From: Longimicrobiales bacterium
Lineage (GTDB): Bacteria > Gemmatimonadota > Gemmatimonadetes > Longimicrobiales > Gaopeijiaceae
Reading direction: 5' to 3'
Length of the DNA stretch: 64,000 bases
NCBI GenBank assembly: GCA_965219445.1
Contig: CBDCNQ010000002.1
Span: 736,001 to 800,000, forward strand
Position numbers and translations under genes: made by a program. The notes below the pieces were generated by a model. It saw only the letters and a list, made by a program, of their open reading frames with translations, was not told where the DNA came from and did not search any database. Below, in pieces: positions 20,555-30,247 of the stretch. Numbering within the stretch: the first letter of the stretch is position 1; each line of letters starts with the position of its first letter.

Positions 20555-20972
20555 CCGGTTCCTCCGTGCCGCCCTCGGCGGGATCCCGCGAATCGCCCGC
20601 CCCGTCGTCCTCTTCGCCTCCCCCCCCGTCGAGTCCTTTCAGAATCTCCTCGATGCGGGTGGCCTGAGCGTGCGTCCTGTCCTCCAAGAAACGCAACTCC
20701 GGGATTCGGCGGATGTGCAGTACGCCAGCGAGCTCCCGTCGAATGAAGTTCGCCGCAGCTTCGAGGCCCTGAAGCGCCTCGCGGCGCTCCCGGTCCTCAT
20801 CCCCGACACGCACATAAACGCGGGCCAGCCAGAGGTCCGAGGTAACGTCAACCGAGTTCACGACCACGTCCTGGACCCGGGGATCACGAACCGCCCGGCG
20901 TAGTATCGCCGTAATTTCCCGACGGAACTGCTCGTTCAACCGGGCGAGTCGTCGATTCGGTTTGTCCATCAT
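20544..20972 (-). CDS. rbfA: Ribosome-binding factor A
   Basis: VRDPRV, VDVTSDL..ARVYV, RRIPELRF..D; acidic tail. Confidence 0.95.
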   Translation of the reverse strand: MMDKPNRRLARLNEQFRREITAILRRAVRDPRVQDVVVNSVDVTSDLWLARVYVRVGDEDRERREALQGLEAAANFIRRELAGVLHIRRIPELRFLEDRTHAQATRIEEILKGLDGGGGEEDDGAGDSRDPAEGGTEEPGDA

Positions 20973-21023
20973 GTGAGTGTGGTGGTTCGCGACTCTGGAA
21001 GGGTGATCGTGCGCATGGAGGAA

Positions 21024-21305
21024 TCAGTAGCGCTCCTTGCGGGCAGAGAGAATCACCACCCGGTGCTCACCCTCGATAAATTGATCCAACTTGTCGAGAA
21101 CGGAGTCGGCCGAAGCGCCGTCCGTGGTTACGATCGCGACTGAGAGCTGGGCGCGGGTCCACACTTCTTGGTAGGCCGTTTCCGCGACGGAGACGTTGAA
21201 TCGTCCCCGGATTCGATCCTTCAGCGACTTGACGACCCTCCGCTTGTCCTTGAGGGAGCTACACTCCGGAAGTGAGAGATCCCAGGAGCACCCGGAAACG
21301 AGCAC
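21024..21305 (-). CDS. DUF503 (YlxP-like) protein
   Basis: SLKDKRRVVKSLKDRIR.RFNVSVAE signature; between infB and rbfA. Confidence 0.92.
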   Translation of the reverse strand: MLVSGCSWDLSLPECSSLKDKRRVVKSLKDRIRGRFNVSVAETAYQEVWTRAQLSVAIVTTDGASADSVLDKLDQFIEGEHRVVILSARKERY

Positions 21306-21314
21306 GCCGTCTCT

Positions 21315-23993
21315 CTAAGCCGTCGCCCCTTCGAGCGTCCTCGCCACCTCTTGGACGCTGTAGCTCTCGATTACATCGCCCACTTTGATGTCGTTGAAGT
21401 TGGCGATGCCGATGCCACACTCGAGGCCCTCGCGAACCTCCTTTACGTCGTCCTTGAAGCGCTTCAAGGAAGAAACCTCCCCTTCGTAGATGACGATGCC
21501 GTCGCGTATCAACCGCACGCCCGATTTCCGGTCGACGACACCGTCGACGACTTCGGAGCCCGCAATCGTGCCCACCTTCGTAATCTTGAAGACCTGGCGA
21601 ACCTCCGCAGATCCGTTGATCTGCTCTTTGCGCTCAGGAGCCAGCATGCCCTCAAGGACAGAGCGAATTTCGTCGACACCCTCGTAGATTACGTCGTAGA
21701 TACGGATGTCGACGCCGTCCCGCTCAGCGTTCTTGCGCGCATTCGTGTTCGGGCGGACACGGAACCCGAGGATGACGGCACCGGAGGTCCCGGCGAGCAA
21801 CACGTCCTCCTCGTTGATCGCACCCACCGCCCGGTGAACGATATGGACTTGAACTTCTTTGGTACCGAGGTGCTCCAGAGCATCAGAGAACGCCTGCACG
21901 GAGCCGTCAACATCCGCCTTGATGATGAGCGGTAGCGTATCTGCAGTCCCTTCAGCCACCATGCCAGAGAAGTCGCCGAGCTTGACCCCACGCTCCTTGA
22001 TGCGAAGCTGCTTCTCCCGATCCAGGCGCATCCGGCTCTCGGCGATCTCGCTCGCCCTTTCGGCGGTCATGACCTGGAATGTGTCTCCGGCCTGAGGAAC
22101 GCCGGCCGTCCCGAGAATTTGCACCGGAATGCCCGGTCCCGCTTCGTCCAGTTTATTCCCACGCTCATCCAAGATCGCACGAACCCGACCCTCGAAGTTA
22201 CCGACGACGAAGGCGTCGCCTACGCGAAGCGTACCCTTCGTGATCAGGACCGAAACAACCGAGCCCTTTCCTACATCCAACTGAGCCTCGATCACTGTTC
22301 CCATGGCAGGTCGGTCGGGGTTCGCTTGCAGCTCCAACAACTCGGCCTGGAGCAAGATCTTTTCCAGAAGCTCATCGATCGCCTCCCCTGTCTTGGCCGA
22401 GATATCCGCGCTCAATACGTCCCCACCGAACTCCTCGACCTGGACGTCCTGCTGAAGAAGCTCCTGCTTCACCTTGAGCGGATCGGCCGCAGGGAGGTCG
22501 CACTTGTTTACTGCGACGATAATCGGTACGCCCGCGTTCCGAGCGTGGCTGATCGCTTCCTTGGTCTGTGGCATGACCGAGTCGTCCGCGGCCACCACTA
22601 GAATCACAATGTCGGTGATCTCCGCGCCTCGGGCTCGCATGGCCGTAAAGGCGGAGTGACCCGGCGTATCCAGGAACGTGATCATACGGCCGTCGTCCAG
22701 GTCGACGTGGTAGGCTCCGATGTGTTGTGTGATACCGCCCGACTCGCCGGCCACGACATTGGACTCCCGGATCGAATCCAGGAGGAGCGTCTTCCCGTGG
22801 TCGACGTGCCCCATCACGGTCACGACGGGCGACCGGGGTCTCAGAGCTCCCTCGGCGTCCACGTCTTCGACCGTGTCCTCGTGATGGCCGTACTCCTCCT
22901 CGCGAATCGCCGTGCACCCGAACTCATCGAGGAGCAGTTCAATCTGGGGAAAGTCGAGGCGCTGATTGATCGTCACCATGAGCCCCAGGTTCTTGAATGC
23001 GGACCCGATGATCTCCATAGGGGACGCCTCGACGAGGTCGGACAACTCCGATACGGTCAAGAATTCGTTCACCCGAACGATCTTCCGCTCGCGCTCCTCT
23101 TCCTGACGGGCCTCCTCCTCCGCTGCCTCGCGCTCCTCCTTGGACGGCGCAGAACCCTTCCGGCGGCGCTTCTTCCCTCCGCCCTTGAGCTGCGCCATCA
23201 CTCGCTGGATGTTCTCCTGCACGGCGCTCTGGTCCACGCGTTGGCGCTTCTTGCCCTTCTTCTGCCGTTGGCTCCGCTGGCCATCTGGAGTGTACCCCTC
23301 CGCCTGGACGCGGACCTGTCCGGCCGTTCCAGAGGAAGCCGCGGGCTTGGGACGGCGAATCACCCGGGCTGGTCCCTCGGGTGCAGCTTGCCGTGCCGGC
23401 TCCGGGCGTTGCCGCGGCGGGGCTTCGGGAGTGGGTTCAAGAGATGCTGCAACGAGTGCCTCCTCTTCCGCCTGCCTTTCGGCCTCTTCTTCCGCCTCTA
23501 CTTCAGGTTCTAAATCGAGAGCAGGCTCCTCAGGAACGACGGAAGTACCGGCATCGATATCGAGTTCTGGAGCAGCCTCGTCCTCTACGTCCACAGCCAC
23601 CGGCTCAGGCTCCAGCGCCTCAGCGGGCTCCTCCTCGGTCTCCGTGGCGCTCGCTGCCACTTCCACCTCTTCGGATGCGTCGACCTCTTCGGCCGAGTCG
23701 ACTACCTCGGGGGTTTCAGGTTCAGGCTCGGGCTCCGGAGGTAACTCGCTCTTGCGACGCCGGCGGCGCTTTCCCGCGGACGGCTTGGCGTCGACGATGG
23801 CGGCCTCGATCGCATCTGCCGTAGACGGGTGCCCACTCCGCCGCTCACGCTCTAGGCGAGCGAGAATGAGAGCGACATCGCCCCCACTGATCAGAGCGTC
23901 CTGGTTCGTGGCGGAAATCCGCAATGAGCGCAGGAGGCCCAGCAATACCTTCGGCGAAACCCCGAGGTCGGTGGCTAATTCTTCAACCCGCAT
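21315..23993 (-). CDS. infB: Translation initiation factor IF-2
   Basis: [44 protein letters not shown]. Confidence 0.99.
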   Translation of the reverse strand: MRVEELATDLGVSPKVLLGLLRSLRISATNQDALISGGDVALILARLERERRSGHPSTADAIEAAIVDAKPSAGKRRRRRKSELPPEPEPEPETPEVVDSAEEVDASEEVEVAASATETEEEPAEALEPEPVAVDVEDEAAPELDIDAGTSVVPEEPALDLEPEVEAEEEAERQAEEEALVAASLEPTPEAPPRQRPEPARQAAPEGPARVIRRPKPAASSGTAGQVRVQAEGYTPDGQRSQRQKKGKKRQRVDQSAVQENIQRVMAQLKGGGKKRRRKGSAPSKEEREAAEEEARQEEERERKIVRVNEFLTVSELSDLVEASPMEIIGSAFKNLGLMVTINQRLDFPQIELLLDEFGCTAIREEEYGHHEDTVEDVDAEGALRPRSPVVTVMGHVDHGKTLLLDSIRESNVVAGESGGITQHIGAYHVDLDDGRMITFLDTPGHSAFTAMRARGAEITDIVILVVAADDSVMPQTKEAISHARNAGVPIIVAVNKCDLPAADPLKVKQELLQQDVQVEEFGGDVLSADISAKTGEAIDELLEKILLQAELLELQANPDRPAMGTVIEAQLDVGKGSVVSVLITKGTLRVGDAFVVGNFEGRVRAILDERGNKLDEAGPGIPVQILGTAGVPQAGDTFQVMTAERASEIAESRMRLDREKQLRIKERGVKLGDFSGMVAEGTADTLPLIIKADVDGSVQAFSDALEHLGTKEVQVHIVHRAVGAINEEDVLLAGTSGAVILGFRVRPNTNARKNAERDGVDIRIYDVIYEGVDEIRSVLEGMLAPERKEQINGSAEVRQVFKITKVGTIAGSEVVDGVVDRKSGVRLIRDGIVIYEGEVSSLKRFKDDVKEVREGLECGIGIANFNDIKVGDVIESYSVQEVARTLEGATA

Positions 23994-24002
23994 GCGCTTC
24001 GT

Positions 24003-24338
24003 CTACCTCCGCGTCCTGTTCTCGACCGGTATTTCCGGCTCTACAACGAGCCGGGCTACCAACTCCTTCGCGAACTGGTCATCCGTGACAGCTACCGCAG
24101 AAACCGGCGCCGATCCCACGGCCATGCCCAATGCCTCCCGCGTCCCGAGGGTCGCGCGAGGCGTCGTCCCGTGACTCAAAAGCTTCATCACCTTGTCTCG
24201 TTGCCTTTCAGAGGCGTCCTGCGCGAACAGAATCAACCGAGCGCGGCCCTCCTTGAGCGCGCGCCTCGTCGACCCGGTCCCGTACGCAAGCGCCCCAGCA
24301 CGTCGAGCCATCCCGAGAAGGGCCAAGGGGTCACGCAT
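24003..24338 (-). CDS. L7Ae/L30e-family protein (YlxQ-like)
   Basis: LLGMARRAG, ARLILFAQDAS, LG.AVG; between nusA and infB; ATG 24338. Confidence 0.88.
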   Translation of the reverse strand: MRDPLALLGMARRAGALAYGTGSTRRALKEGRARLILFAQDASERQRDKVMKLLSHGTTPRATLGTREALGMAVGSAPVSAVAVTDDQFAKELVARLVVEPEIPVENRTRR

Positions 24339-25935
24339 GTGCCTCGTTCTCGTCTTCTGAGGTGGCAGCTTCCTCGACGTCGGCGTCCTCCCCCACCTCG
24401 GTATCCGCCTCGGCAAGCACCTCCGCTTCGGTATCAGCCTCTGCCAGGACCTCGACTTCGCTATCAGCCTCTGCCAGGACCTCCGCTTCGCTATCAGCCT
24501 CGGTCAGTATTTCCGCCTCTACCGGATCCTCAACGTCCACCTCGCCGGCTCCTTCGACCTCGGCGGGGGCAGCCTCCTCGGCCTCGCCAACCTCCCCAAG
24601 CCCATCCACCCCGGCGGTGTCCGCCGCTTCGGCAGCATCCTCGGTGACGACCGTCAACTCATCGATCAACTCCAGCAATTTGTCGGCCTCCTTTTCTCCC
24701 AGGCCTTCGATGGCTAAGAACGCGGCACGGTCGAATTCGATAATCTGCAAAAACGTAGTATATCCAGCGCTCTCCAGGGCCGTCAGAGTCTCCGGCGTCA
24801 GATCCAGCTCAGCGAGCGCAAAGTCGGACGTCTCGTAGGCCTCGTCGTCCGACTCCCGCTTGAACAGAGACAGATCGGCGCCGAGCTCCAGCCACTCGCG
24901 GGATCCGTACAGATCGATCTGCCATCCGATGAGCTGCGAAGCGAGCCTCACGTTTTGTCCGTTTCGGCCGATCGCCAGAGACAGTTGATCCTCGTCGACG
25001 ATGGCCGTGATCACCTGGCGTTCCGGATCGCTCATGACTTTCGAGACACGAGCAGGCGCAAGAGCCCGCCGCGCAAAGACCTCCGGCTCGGCATGCCAGG
25101 GAACGATGTCGATGCGCTCTCCGCCCAGCTCCTGAACCACAGCCTGGACCCTGGACCCCCGCAAGCCCACACAGGCGCCCACCGGATCGATCGATTCGTC
25201 ACGGCTGTAGACGGCGATCTTGGTTCTCCCGCCGACTTCGCGCGCGATTTCCTTGATGTCGACAATGCCCTGATGGATCTCCGGCACTTCGAGATAGAAA
25301 AGCGCACCCACGAAGATCGGAGCCGCCCTCGAAAGGACAAGACGGGGTCCCTTGGGCGTCTCTTCCATTTTCTTGAGGACACAACGGATTGGATCGCCCT
25401 GCCTGAAGCGCTCGCGAGGATTCTGTTCCTTCCATGGAATGACAGCATCGGCCTCGGGGGAGCGGTTGAGCATCACGACGATCTTGCCTCGCTCGATCTG
25501 CTGGACTTCGCCCGACAGGAGCTCACCCACACGATCCGCGTACTCGTCCCGAATCCGGTCGCGCTCGTTCTCGCGAACCCGCTGCACGATGCGCTGCTTC
25601 ACCGCCATCACCGCGTTTCGGCCGAAATCTTCGAAGTCGACCGGAATTTCCATCACATCCCCGACCTGGAAGCCCTCATCGTCCCAGCGGGCCTCTTCGA
25701 GGCTGATCTCGGACGACGGATCCTCGACCTCTTCCACCACACGGCGAAGTACCACGATGCCCAATCCACCGGAGACGTCGTCGATGGTGATCTCAGCCTG
25801 CACGTTGGGACCATGTATCCGAGATAAGCCTGCCATGATGCCGTCCCTAAGGAGGTCGTTCACCTCGTCGGGCGACAGGCTTTTCGTAGAAGCGACGTCG
25901 TTGAACGCCGCGATGATCTGTCCGGCATCAATCAT
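24331..25935 (-). CDS. nusA: Transcription termination/antitermination factor NusA
   Basis: FGRNA, LEVPEI, DPVGACVG.RGSRV, GERIDIV, SLAIGRNGQNVRLA; long acidic tail. Confidence 0.98.
   Translation of the reverse strand: MIDAGQIIAAFNDVASTKSLSPDEVNDLLRDGIMAGLSRIHGPNVQAEITIDDVSGGLGIVVLRRVVEEVEDPSSEISLEEARWDDEGFQVGDVMEIPVDFEDFGRNAVMAVKQRIVQRVRENERDRIRDEYADRVGELLSGEVQQIERGKIVVMLNRSPEADAVIPWKEQNPRERFRQGDPIRCVLKKMEETPKGPRLVLSRAAPIFVGALFYLEVPEIHQGIVDIKEIAREVGGRTKIAVYSRDESIDPVGACVGLRGSRVQAVVQELGGERIDIVPWHAEPEVFARRALAPARVSKVMSDPERQVITAIVDEDQLSLAIGRNGQNVRLASQLIGWQIDLYGSREWLELGADLSLFKRESDDEAYETSDFALAELDLTPETLTALESAGYTTFLQIIEFDRAAFLAIEGLGEKEADKLLELIDELTVVTEDAAEAADTAGVDGLGEVGEAEEAAPAEVEGAGEVDVEDPVEAEILTEADSEAEVLAEADSEVEVLAEADTEAEVLAEADTEVGEDADVEEAATSEDENEAHA
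24391..24510. repeat. Four imperfect 30-bp tandem copies in the nusA tail
   Basis: Units start at 24391, 24421, 24451, 24481; encode EVLAEAD(S/T)E(A/V)-like decapeptides. Confidence 0.9.
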
Positions 25936-25956
25936 GATGCCCTCAGCACTGAGCTT

Positions 25957-26442
25957 TCATTTCCATTTGAACAGAAGGTGGGCTCCCTTGATATCCGTCA
26001 GGGGCACACCTACCTCTGCACCATCTCCCAACCGGAGTCGAACCGTCGGCTCCGACGCCGAGTCCAACCCCAACAACTCCGCCTCGAGCCGGGACGAGCG
26101 CTCCGCGAGCACGCCGTAACCCTCGATGACGACCGGATTGCCCGCAAACCGCTCCCAATCCCGCGGCCGCGTCAACGGCCGCTCGATACCCGGCGACGAG
26201 ACCTCCAACACATACCGTTCTGGTATCCCGTCATGCTCGTCCAGCCAACTCTCCAACGCACGGCTCACACGGGCGCAATCATCGACCGTGACGGGAGGAT
26301 CACCCATCGGACTCCGCTCAATACGGAGCCGGATGATCGGCCTATTCCGACTACCCGCCCAATCCATCGAAACAAGATCGATCCCCAGATCCAGGAGGCG
26401 GTCCTCCGCCTCACGCTCAATCTCTGGCCTCGATGGAGCCAT
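25957..26442 (-). CDS. rimP: Ribosome maturation factor RimP
   Basis: VTVDDCARVSR, YVLEVSSPGIERPL; first gene of the nusA-infB operon. Confidence 0.96.
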   Translation of the reverse strand: MAPSRPEIEREAEDRLLDLGIDLVSMDWAGSRNRPIIRLRIERSPMGDPPVTVDDCARVSRALESWLDEHDGIPERYVLEVSSPGIERPLTRPRDWERFAGNPVVIEGYGVLAERSSRLEAELLGLDSASEPTVRLRLGDGAEVGVPLTDIKGAHLLFKWK

Positions 26443-26480
26443 GCTCCCTCCACCCCGGGGCGCGATATGAACCCCCCGAG

Positions 26481-26514
26481 AACAAAAAAGCGGGGGCGGA
26501 CAACTCCCCCACTT
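26481..26514 (-). terminator. Terminator/attenuator hairpin in the rimP leader
   Basis: Minus strand AAGTGGGGG-agttgtccg-CCCCCGCTT followed by TTTTGTT, about 40 nt before the rimP ATG. Confidence 0.75.
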
Positions 26515-26553
26515 AGAAAATTGCCGCCCCTTCGGGCGGCACTATCAAAGCGT

Positions 26554-26582
26554 AATATAGACGCAACGTCTTTTCTTTTCAA
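26554..26582 (-). promoter_or_regulatory. Sigma70-type promoter of the rimP operon
   Basis: TTGAAA-N17-TATATT on the minus strand in an AT-rich patch. Confidence 0.7.
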
Positions 26583-26656
26583 GACTTCGGCGGCCCCCAA
26601 CCCGGATTCCTCAGACGTCCATGGGCCCTCCGGCCCCTCGGTCGATAATCCGTGGA

Positions 26657-27004
26657 TTAGCCCCCCTCATCATCCAGCTTTTTCTCGATATCGGCGACCC
26701 GCACGTCGAGCCGCTCCACAAGTTCCTTGAGCGTGTCAAATTCCTTCTGCCTGGCGAAATCGAGCGCTTCACGAGCTTCTCCGGCTTTTTCCTGCGCTTT
26801 CTCCAACGTACTCCGCATCACGTCCTTCGCTCGTTCAGGAGACAAGTCCCCACGTTCCCTTGCCTCTCTCAGGGTTTCTTCGATGGCATCCTTCATCGCC
26901 GCAAGCATGCCGAGCCCCTGACGAATTCCACCCTTGATGCCCTCACCCCCCTCTCCTTCCTTCTTCGGCTCAGCCTCATCGTTCGCACCACTCTTCTCAG
27001 ACAT
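26657..27004 (-). CDS. Small coiled-coil protein, phasin (PhaF/PhaI)-like
   Basis: GLG.L..., ERGDLSPERAK, C-terminal 'EFDTLKELVERLDVRVADIEKK'; GGGAGG SD before ATG; family by resemblance only. Confidence 0.65.
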   Translation of the reverse strand: MSEKSGANDEAEPKKEGEGGEGIKGGIRQGLGMLAAMKDAIEETLREARERGDLSPERAKDVMRSTLEKAQEKAGEAREALDFARQKEFDTLKELVERLDVRVADIEKKLDDEGG

Positions 27005-27060
27005 CATCACCTCCCTTGCTATGGGCACGCGGACCAGCAGTGTCCGATAACGATATCATC

Positions 27061-28344
27061 CTACGGGCCATCTTGACGCTCGATGCGCGCACCCAACGCT
27101 TTCAACCGCTCGTCGATCCTTTCATATCCCCGTTCGATCTGCGTGACGTTTTGGATACGACTGGTCCCCTCGGCTCCCAAGGCAGCGATCAGCATCGCCA
27201 TGCCCGCGCGGATGTCCGGGCTTTCAAGCACCGTTCCCTGAAGGGCCGAGGGCCCGACCACAACCGCCCTATGCGGATCACAGAGGATGATCCGCGCCCC
27301 CATCCCAACCAACTTGTCCGTAAAATACATTCTGGATTCGAACATCTTTTCGTGAACCAGAATCGTGCCTGTGCACTGCGTGGCGGTCACCACCGCAATC
27401 GATGTCAAATCCGCCGGAAACGCGGGCCAGGGTCCGTCATCGATCTTGGGCACGGCCCCGAAGGCGTCGCTCGCCACTTTGCATGTGCGGTCCCCGTGGA
27501 CCGTAAGCACATCTCCGTCCACACTCACGTCGACCCCGAGTCGCCGGAAGCCCAAAAGGGTCGAATCGAGATGCTCGACGGGAGCACCCTCCACCACAAT
27601 CTCGCTCCCGGTGACCGCCGCGAGGCCCATGAAGGATCCGGCTTCGATGTGATCGGCACCCACCGCAAACGTGGCGCCCCCCAGCTCAGGCACTCCGGAG
27701 ATGTGAAGTTGGTGGGTACCAATCCCTTCGATTCGGCCGCCCATGGCATTGAGGAGATTGCAAAGATCCTGGACATGAGGCTCCGAGGCCGAGTTACGGA
27801 TCAAGGTTTCCCCCTTGGCAAGCACCGCAGCCATGATGGCATTCTCGGTGGCCGTGACCGAGGGCTCATCCAGAAAGAAATCGGCTCCCCTGAGTTCCCG
27901 CGCCTCGATCTCGAATCCGCTAGCCAACTGTACGGATGCTCCCAGCGCCCTGAATGCCAGGAAATGAGTGTCCATTCGGCGACGCCCGATGACGTCGCCC
28001 CCGGGAGGCGGAAGGTGGACTCTCCCGAAACGAGCCAATAGTGGCCCCGCCAAAAGGAGAGAGGCCCGAATTCGTTCGCTCAACGCCCGGTCCACAGTCC
28101 CCGACGAGACCGAAGAGGCATCGATCGTTACCGCGTTCTCATCGTCCCAGCGAACGTCCGCACCGAGGGAGCTGACGATTTCCAAGAGGGTCACGACGTC
28201 GCCTATCCTGGGGATGTTCTGGAGCGTAACCGGCTCCGACGCCATGACCGTCGCCGCGATCGCGGGGAGCGCAGAGTTCTTGTTGCCCGCCGGCGTGATG
28301 CTCCCGCTCAGCGAGTGACCGCCTTCTACGATGTAACTGGGCAT
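27061..28344 (-). CDS. murA: UDP-N-acetylglucosamine 1-carboxyvinyltransferase (Asp-type)
   Basis: GNKNSALP, RAS.LL.GPLLARFG, PGGDVIG, SVTATEN, PDIRAG, IERGYE; ATG 28344 with SD. Confidence 0.97.
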   Translation of the reverse strand: MPSYIVEGGHSLSGSITPAGNKNSALPAIAATVMASEPVTLQNIPRIGDVVTLLEIVSSLGADVRWDDENAVTIDASSVSSGTVDRALSERIRASLLLAGPLLARFGRVHLPPPGGDVIGRRRMDTHFLAFRALGASVQLASGFEIEARELRGADFFLDEPSVTATENAIMAAVLAKGETLIRNSASEPHVQDLCNLLNAMGGRIEGIGTHQLHISGVPELGGATFAVGADHIEAGSFMGLAAVTGSEIVVEGAPVEHLDSTLLGFRRLGVDVSVDGDVLTVHGDRTCKVASDAFGAVPKIDDGPWPAFPADLTSIAVVTATQCTGTILVHEKMFESRMYFTDKLVGMGARIILCDPHRAVVVGPSALQGTVLESPDIRAGMAMLIAALGAEGTSRIQNVTQIERGYERIDERLKALGARIERQDGP

Positions 28345-28484
28345 AGCCTCCTTACCGTGTCTGGGCCTCCCCGTCGCAACGTCATGGCGAGATCTTATCC
28401 CGGCTACACCGCCGTCGACGGACGCCAACATATTCCCCCGTACCCGAGCACAGCAACAATCGAGCCGCGGTGCGGGATGCTGCC

Positions 28485-28514
28485 TTGACACCCGGTGCGA
28501 GCCTAGCCTAGTCT
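28485..28514 (+). promoter_or_regulatory. Sigma70-type promoter of the P-II/antiporter operon
   Basis: TTGACA-N18-TAGTCT; ATG follows 8 nt later without an SD. Confidence 0.6.
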
Positions 28515-28522
28515 GCGGGCCC

Positions 28523-28876
28523 ATGCACCTCCTGGTCGCTGTTCTCAACTCCCCCGATGATGTCGACTCCATCCTGGCGGGCTTTGTCGAGTTGGGAGTA
28601 CGGGGTGCTACGGTGATCAACTCGGAGGGGATGGGCCGGGTGCTCTCCCACGACATTCCGATCTTCGCGGGGCTCCAAACACTTCTCAATCGGTCCGGGC
28701 CTGAGAACCGCACGATTCTGACCGTGGTTTCCGCCGATCTCATCGATCCGATCATCTCCTTGATCCAGGAGTGGTGCGGAGACCTGGAGAAGCCAGCGAC
28801 AGGAATCATCTTCACGCTCCCCGTGGACAGAGTCGTCGGCCTGGCCAGGCTGGAACTGGGCGACAACCCGGAGTAG
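28523..28876 (+). CDS. P-II-like (GlnB superfamily) signalling protein, non-canonical
   Basis: 117 aa; GVRGATVINSEGMG resembles P-II 'GitGmTv.ev.G.G'; TGIIFTLPVDRV resembles 'dGkIFv.pve'. Confidence 0.85.
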   Translation: MHLLVAVLNSPDDVDSILAGFVELGVRGATVINSEGMGRVLSHDIPIFAGLQTLLNRSGPENRTILTVVSADLIDPIISLIQEWCGDLEKPATGIIFTLPVDRVVGLARLELGDNPE

Positions 28877-28884
28877 CGACGCTC

Positions 28885-30231
28885 GTGGATCCCCTACTAG
28901 CGACCCTCATTCTGATCTCTTTGGCGCTCGTGGGGGCCCGGTTTTCTTTTTCCACCGCCAACATCGCCGCCGGCCCCAGGCTCCTTTTCCGAACCGGCAC
29001 GCACTTCATTGTCCTCGGATTCCTCGTGGGTCCTTCGGCCTTGGGCTTGGTTACCCGGGACGCACTCGAGCACCTCTTTCCTTTCTTCGCACTGGGATTC
29101 GGCTGGGTCGGATTCATTTTCGGAATGCAACTCGAGAAGGACACGGTGCGTGCGTTCGCCGGCCATCTACACCGATTCGCCGCGGGGCAGGCCCTCCTCA
29201 CCTTCACTTTGATGGCTACGGTGGGGCTCATCGTTTTGCTGCCGTTCGGGCGCTTTGGTGGAGTGGAGGCCCTCTTGGTCCTCTTGGCCTCGGCGACCGC
29301 TTGCACATCCGCACCCGCCGGGATCGCCATGGTGTCCTCTAATTTTCTGGTGCGCGGACCGGTCAGGGACATGCTCTTCTTCGCCGCCTCGGTCGACGGG
29401 ATTGTGGGCATCATCCTGCTTCAGTTGATCTATGCAGGCTTTCACCCGTCCGACGCGCTGGGCCCCTTGGGGGACCTCACGGTGTTGGTGTGGACGGTGC
29501 TGGCCATCTCGGTCGGAGTCCTGTGCGGGATTATCTTCGTGTGGCTGTCCCGGGGCCGCATAGCGATTGAGGAGCTGGTCTTGTTCGTCATGGGGATCGC
29601 CGCTTTCGCCGCAGGCGCGGCGATGCAGCTCCGGCTTTCGCCACTCTTCGTCGCCGTCATCATGGGCGCCGTTGTGGCCAATCTGGTGCCAGACCACGGA
29701 CGTGTTCTCCGAGTGCTGGCCCAGTGGGAGAAGCCCACGTACGTCATACTGCTGATCCTCGCCGGAGCGCTGGTTCAGTTTTCGACACCCTGGATCATCC
29801 CGCTCGGGCTGGCTTACGCGAGCCTCCGGGGTGGCGCGAAGGTGGCGGCGACGAACGCCATGATTCGCATTGAAACCCCACCTTTCCCCACTCCAAAGCT
29901 TCTCGGCTTGGGACTCACCCCGCAGGGGGGGATCTCACTTGTCATGGCGCTTTCCGCCCTACTGACCTTTTACGGTCTCCAGATCGGTGGCGTCGACGTG
30001 AGTCAGGGGCTGTTCAGTGTGGTTGTTCTCGGGGTCGTGTTGTCGGAGTTGGTGGGCCCCATGCTCACAACGAAGACCCTCCGGAGAGCCGGCGAAATTT
30101 CCTCCCTGGTAGAGAGTGCGCTCGCGCTAGGGGACGATGAAGGCGCGAGAGCGGCCGCGGAGAATCCTGGGCCCGAAACGTCGGACGGTACGGAAGACGT
30201 AGACGAGGGTACTAGAACATCCGCCTCATGA
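28885..30231 (+). CDS. Cation:proton antiporter, CPA2-like, no RCK domain
   Basis: About 12-13 hydrophobic segments; G.LVGP..LG, WVGF.FG.QL, SPL......GA.VAN, LGLGLTPQGG, VLSELVGP; GTG 28885. Confidence 0.85.
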   Translation: MDPLLATLILISLALVGARFSFSTANIAAGPRLLFRTGTHFIVLGFLVGPSALGLVTRDALEHLFPFFALGFGWVGFIFGMQLEKDTVRAFAGHLHRFAAGQALLTFTLMATVGLIVLLPFGRFGGVEALLVLLASATACTSAPAGIAMVSSNFLVRGPVRDMLFFAASVDGIVGIILLQLIYAGFHPSDALGPLGDLTVLVWTVLAISVGVLCGIIFVWLSRGRIAIEELVLFVMGIAAFAAGAAMQLRLSPLFVAVIMGAVVANLVPDHGRVLRVLAQWEKPTYVILLILAGALVQFSTPWIIPLGLAYASLRGGAKVAATNAMIRIETPPFPTPKLLGLGLTPQGGISLVMALSALLTFYGLQIGGVDVSQGLFSVVVLGVVLSELVGPMLTTKTLRRAGEISSLVESALALGDDEGARAAAENPGPETSDGTEDVDEGTRTSAS

Positions 30232-30247
30232 GCTTTTACCTTTCGGC

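Noticed and set aside
23140..24174. Ser/Ala-rich plus-strand ORF (and similar at 24362-24838)
   Set aside because: Reverse complement of Glu/Ala-rich IF2 and NusA segments
28345..28866. 174-aa N-terminal extension of MurA
   Set aside because: Antisense to the P-II-like gene and its promoter; SD supports ATG 28344
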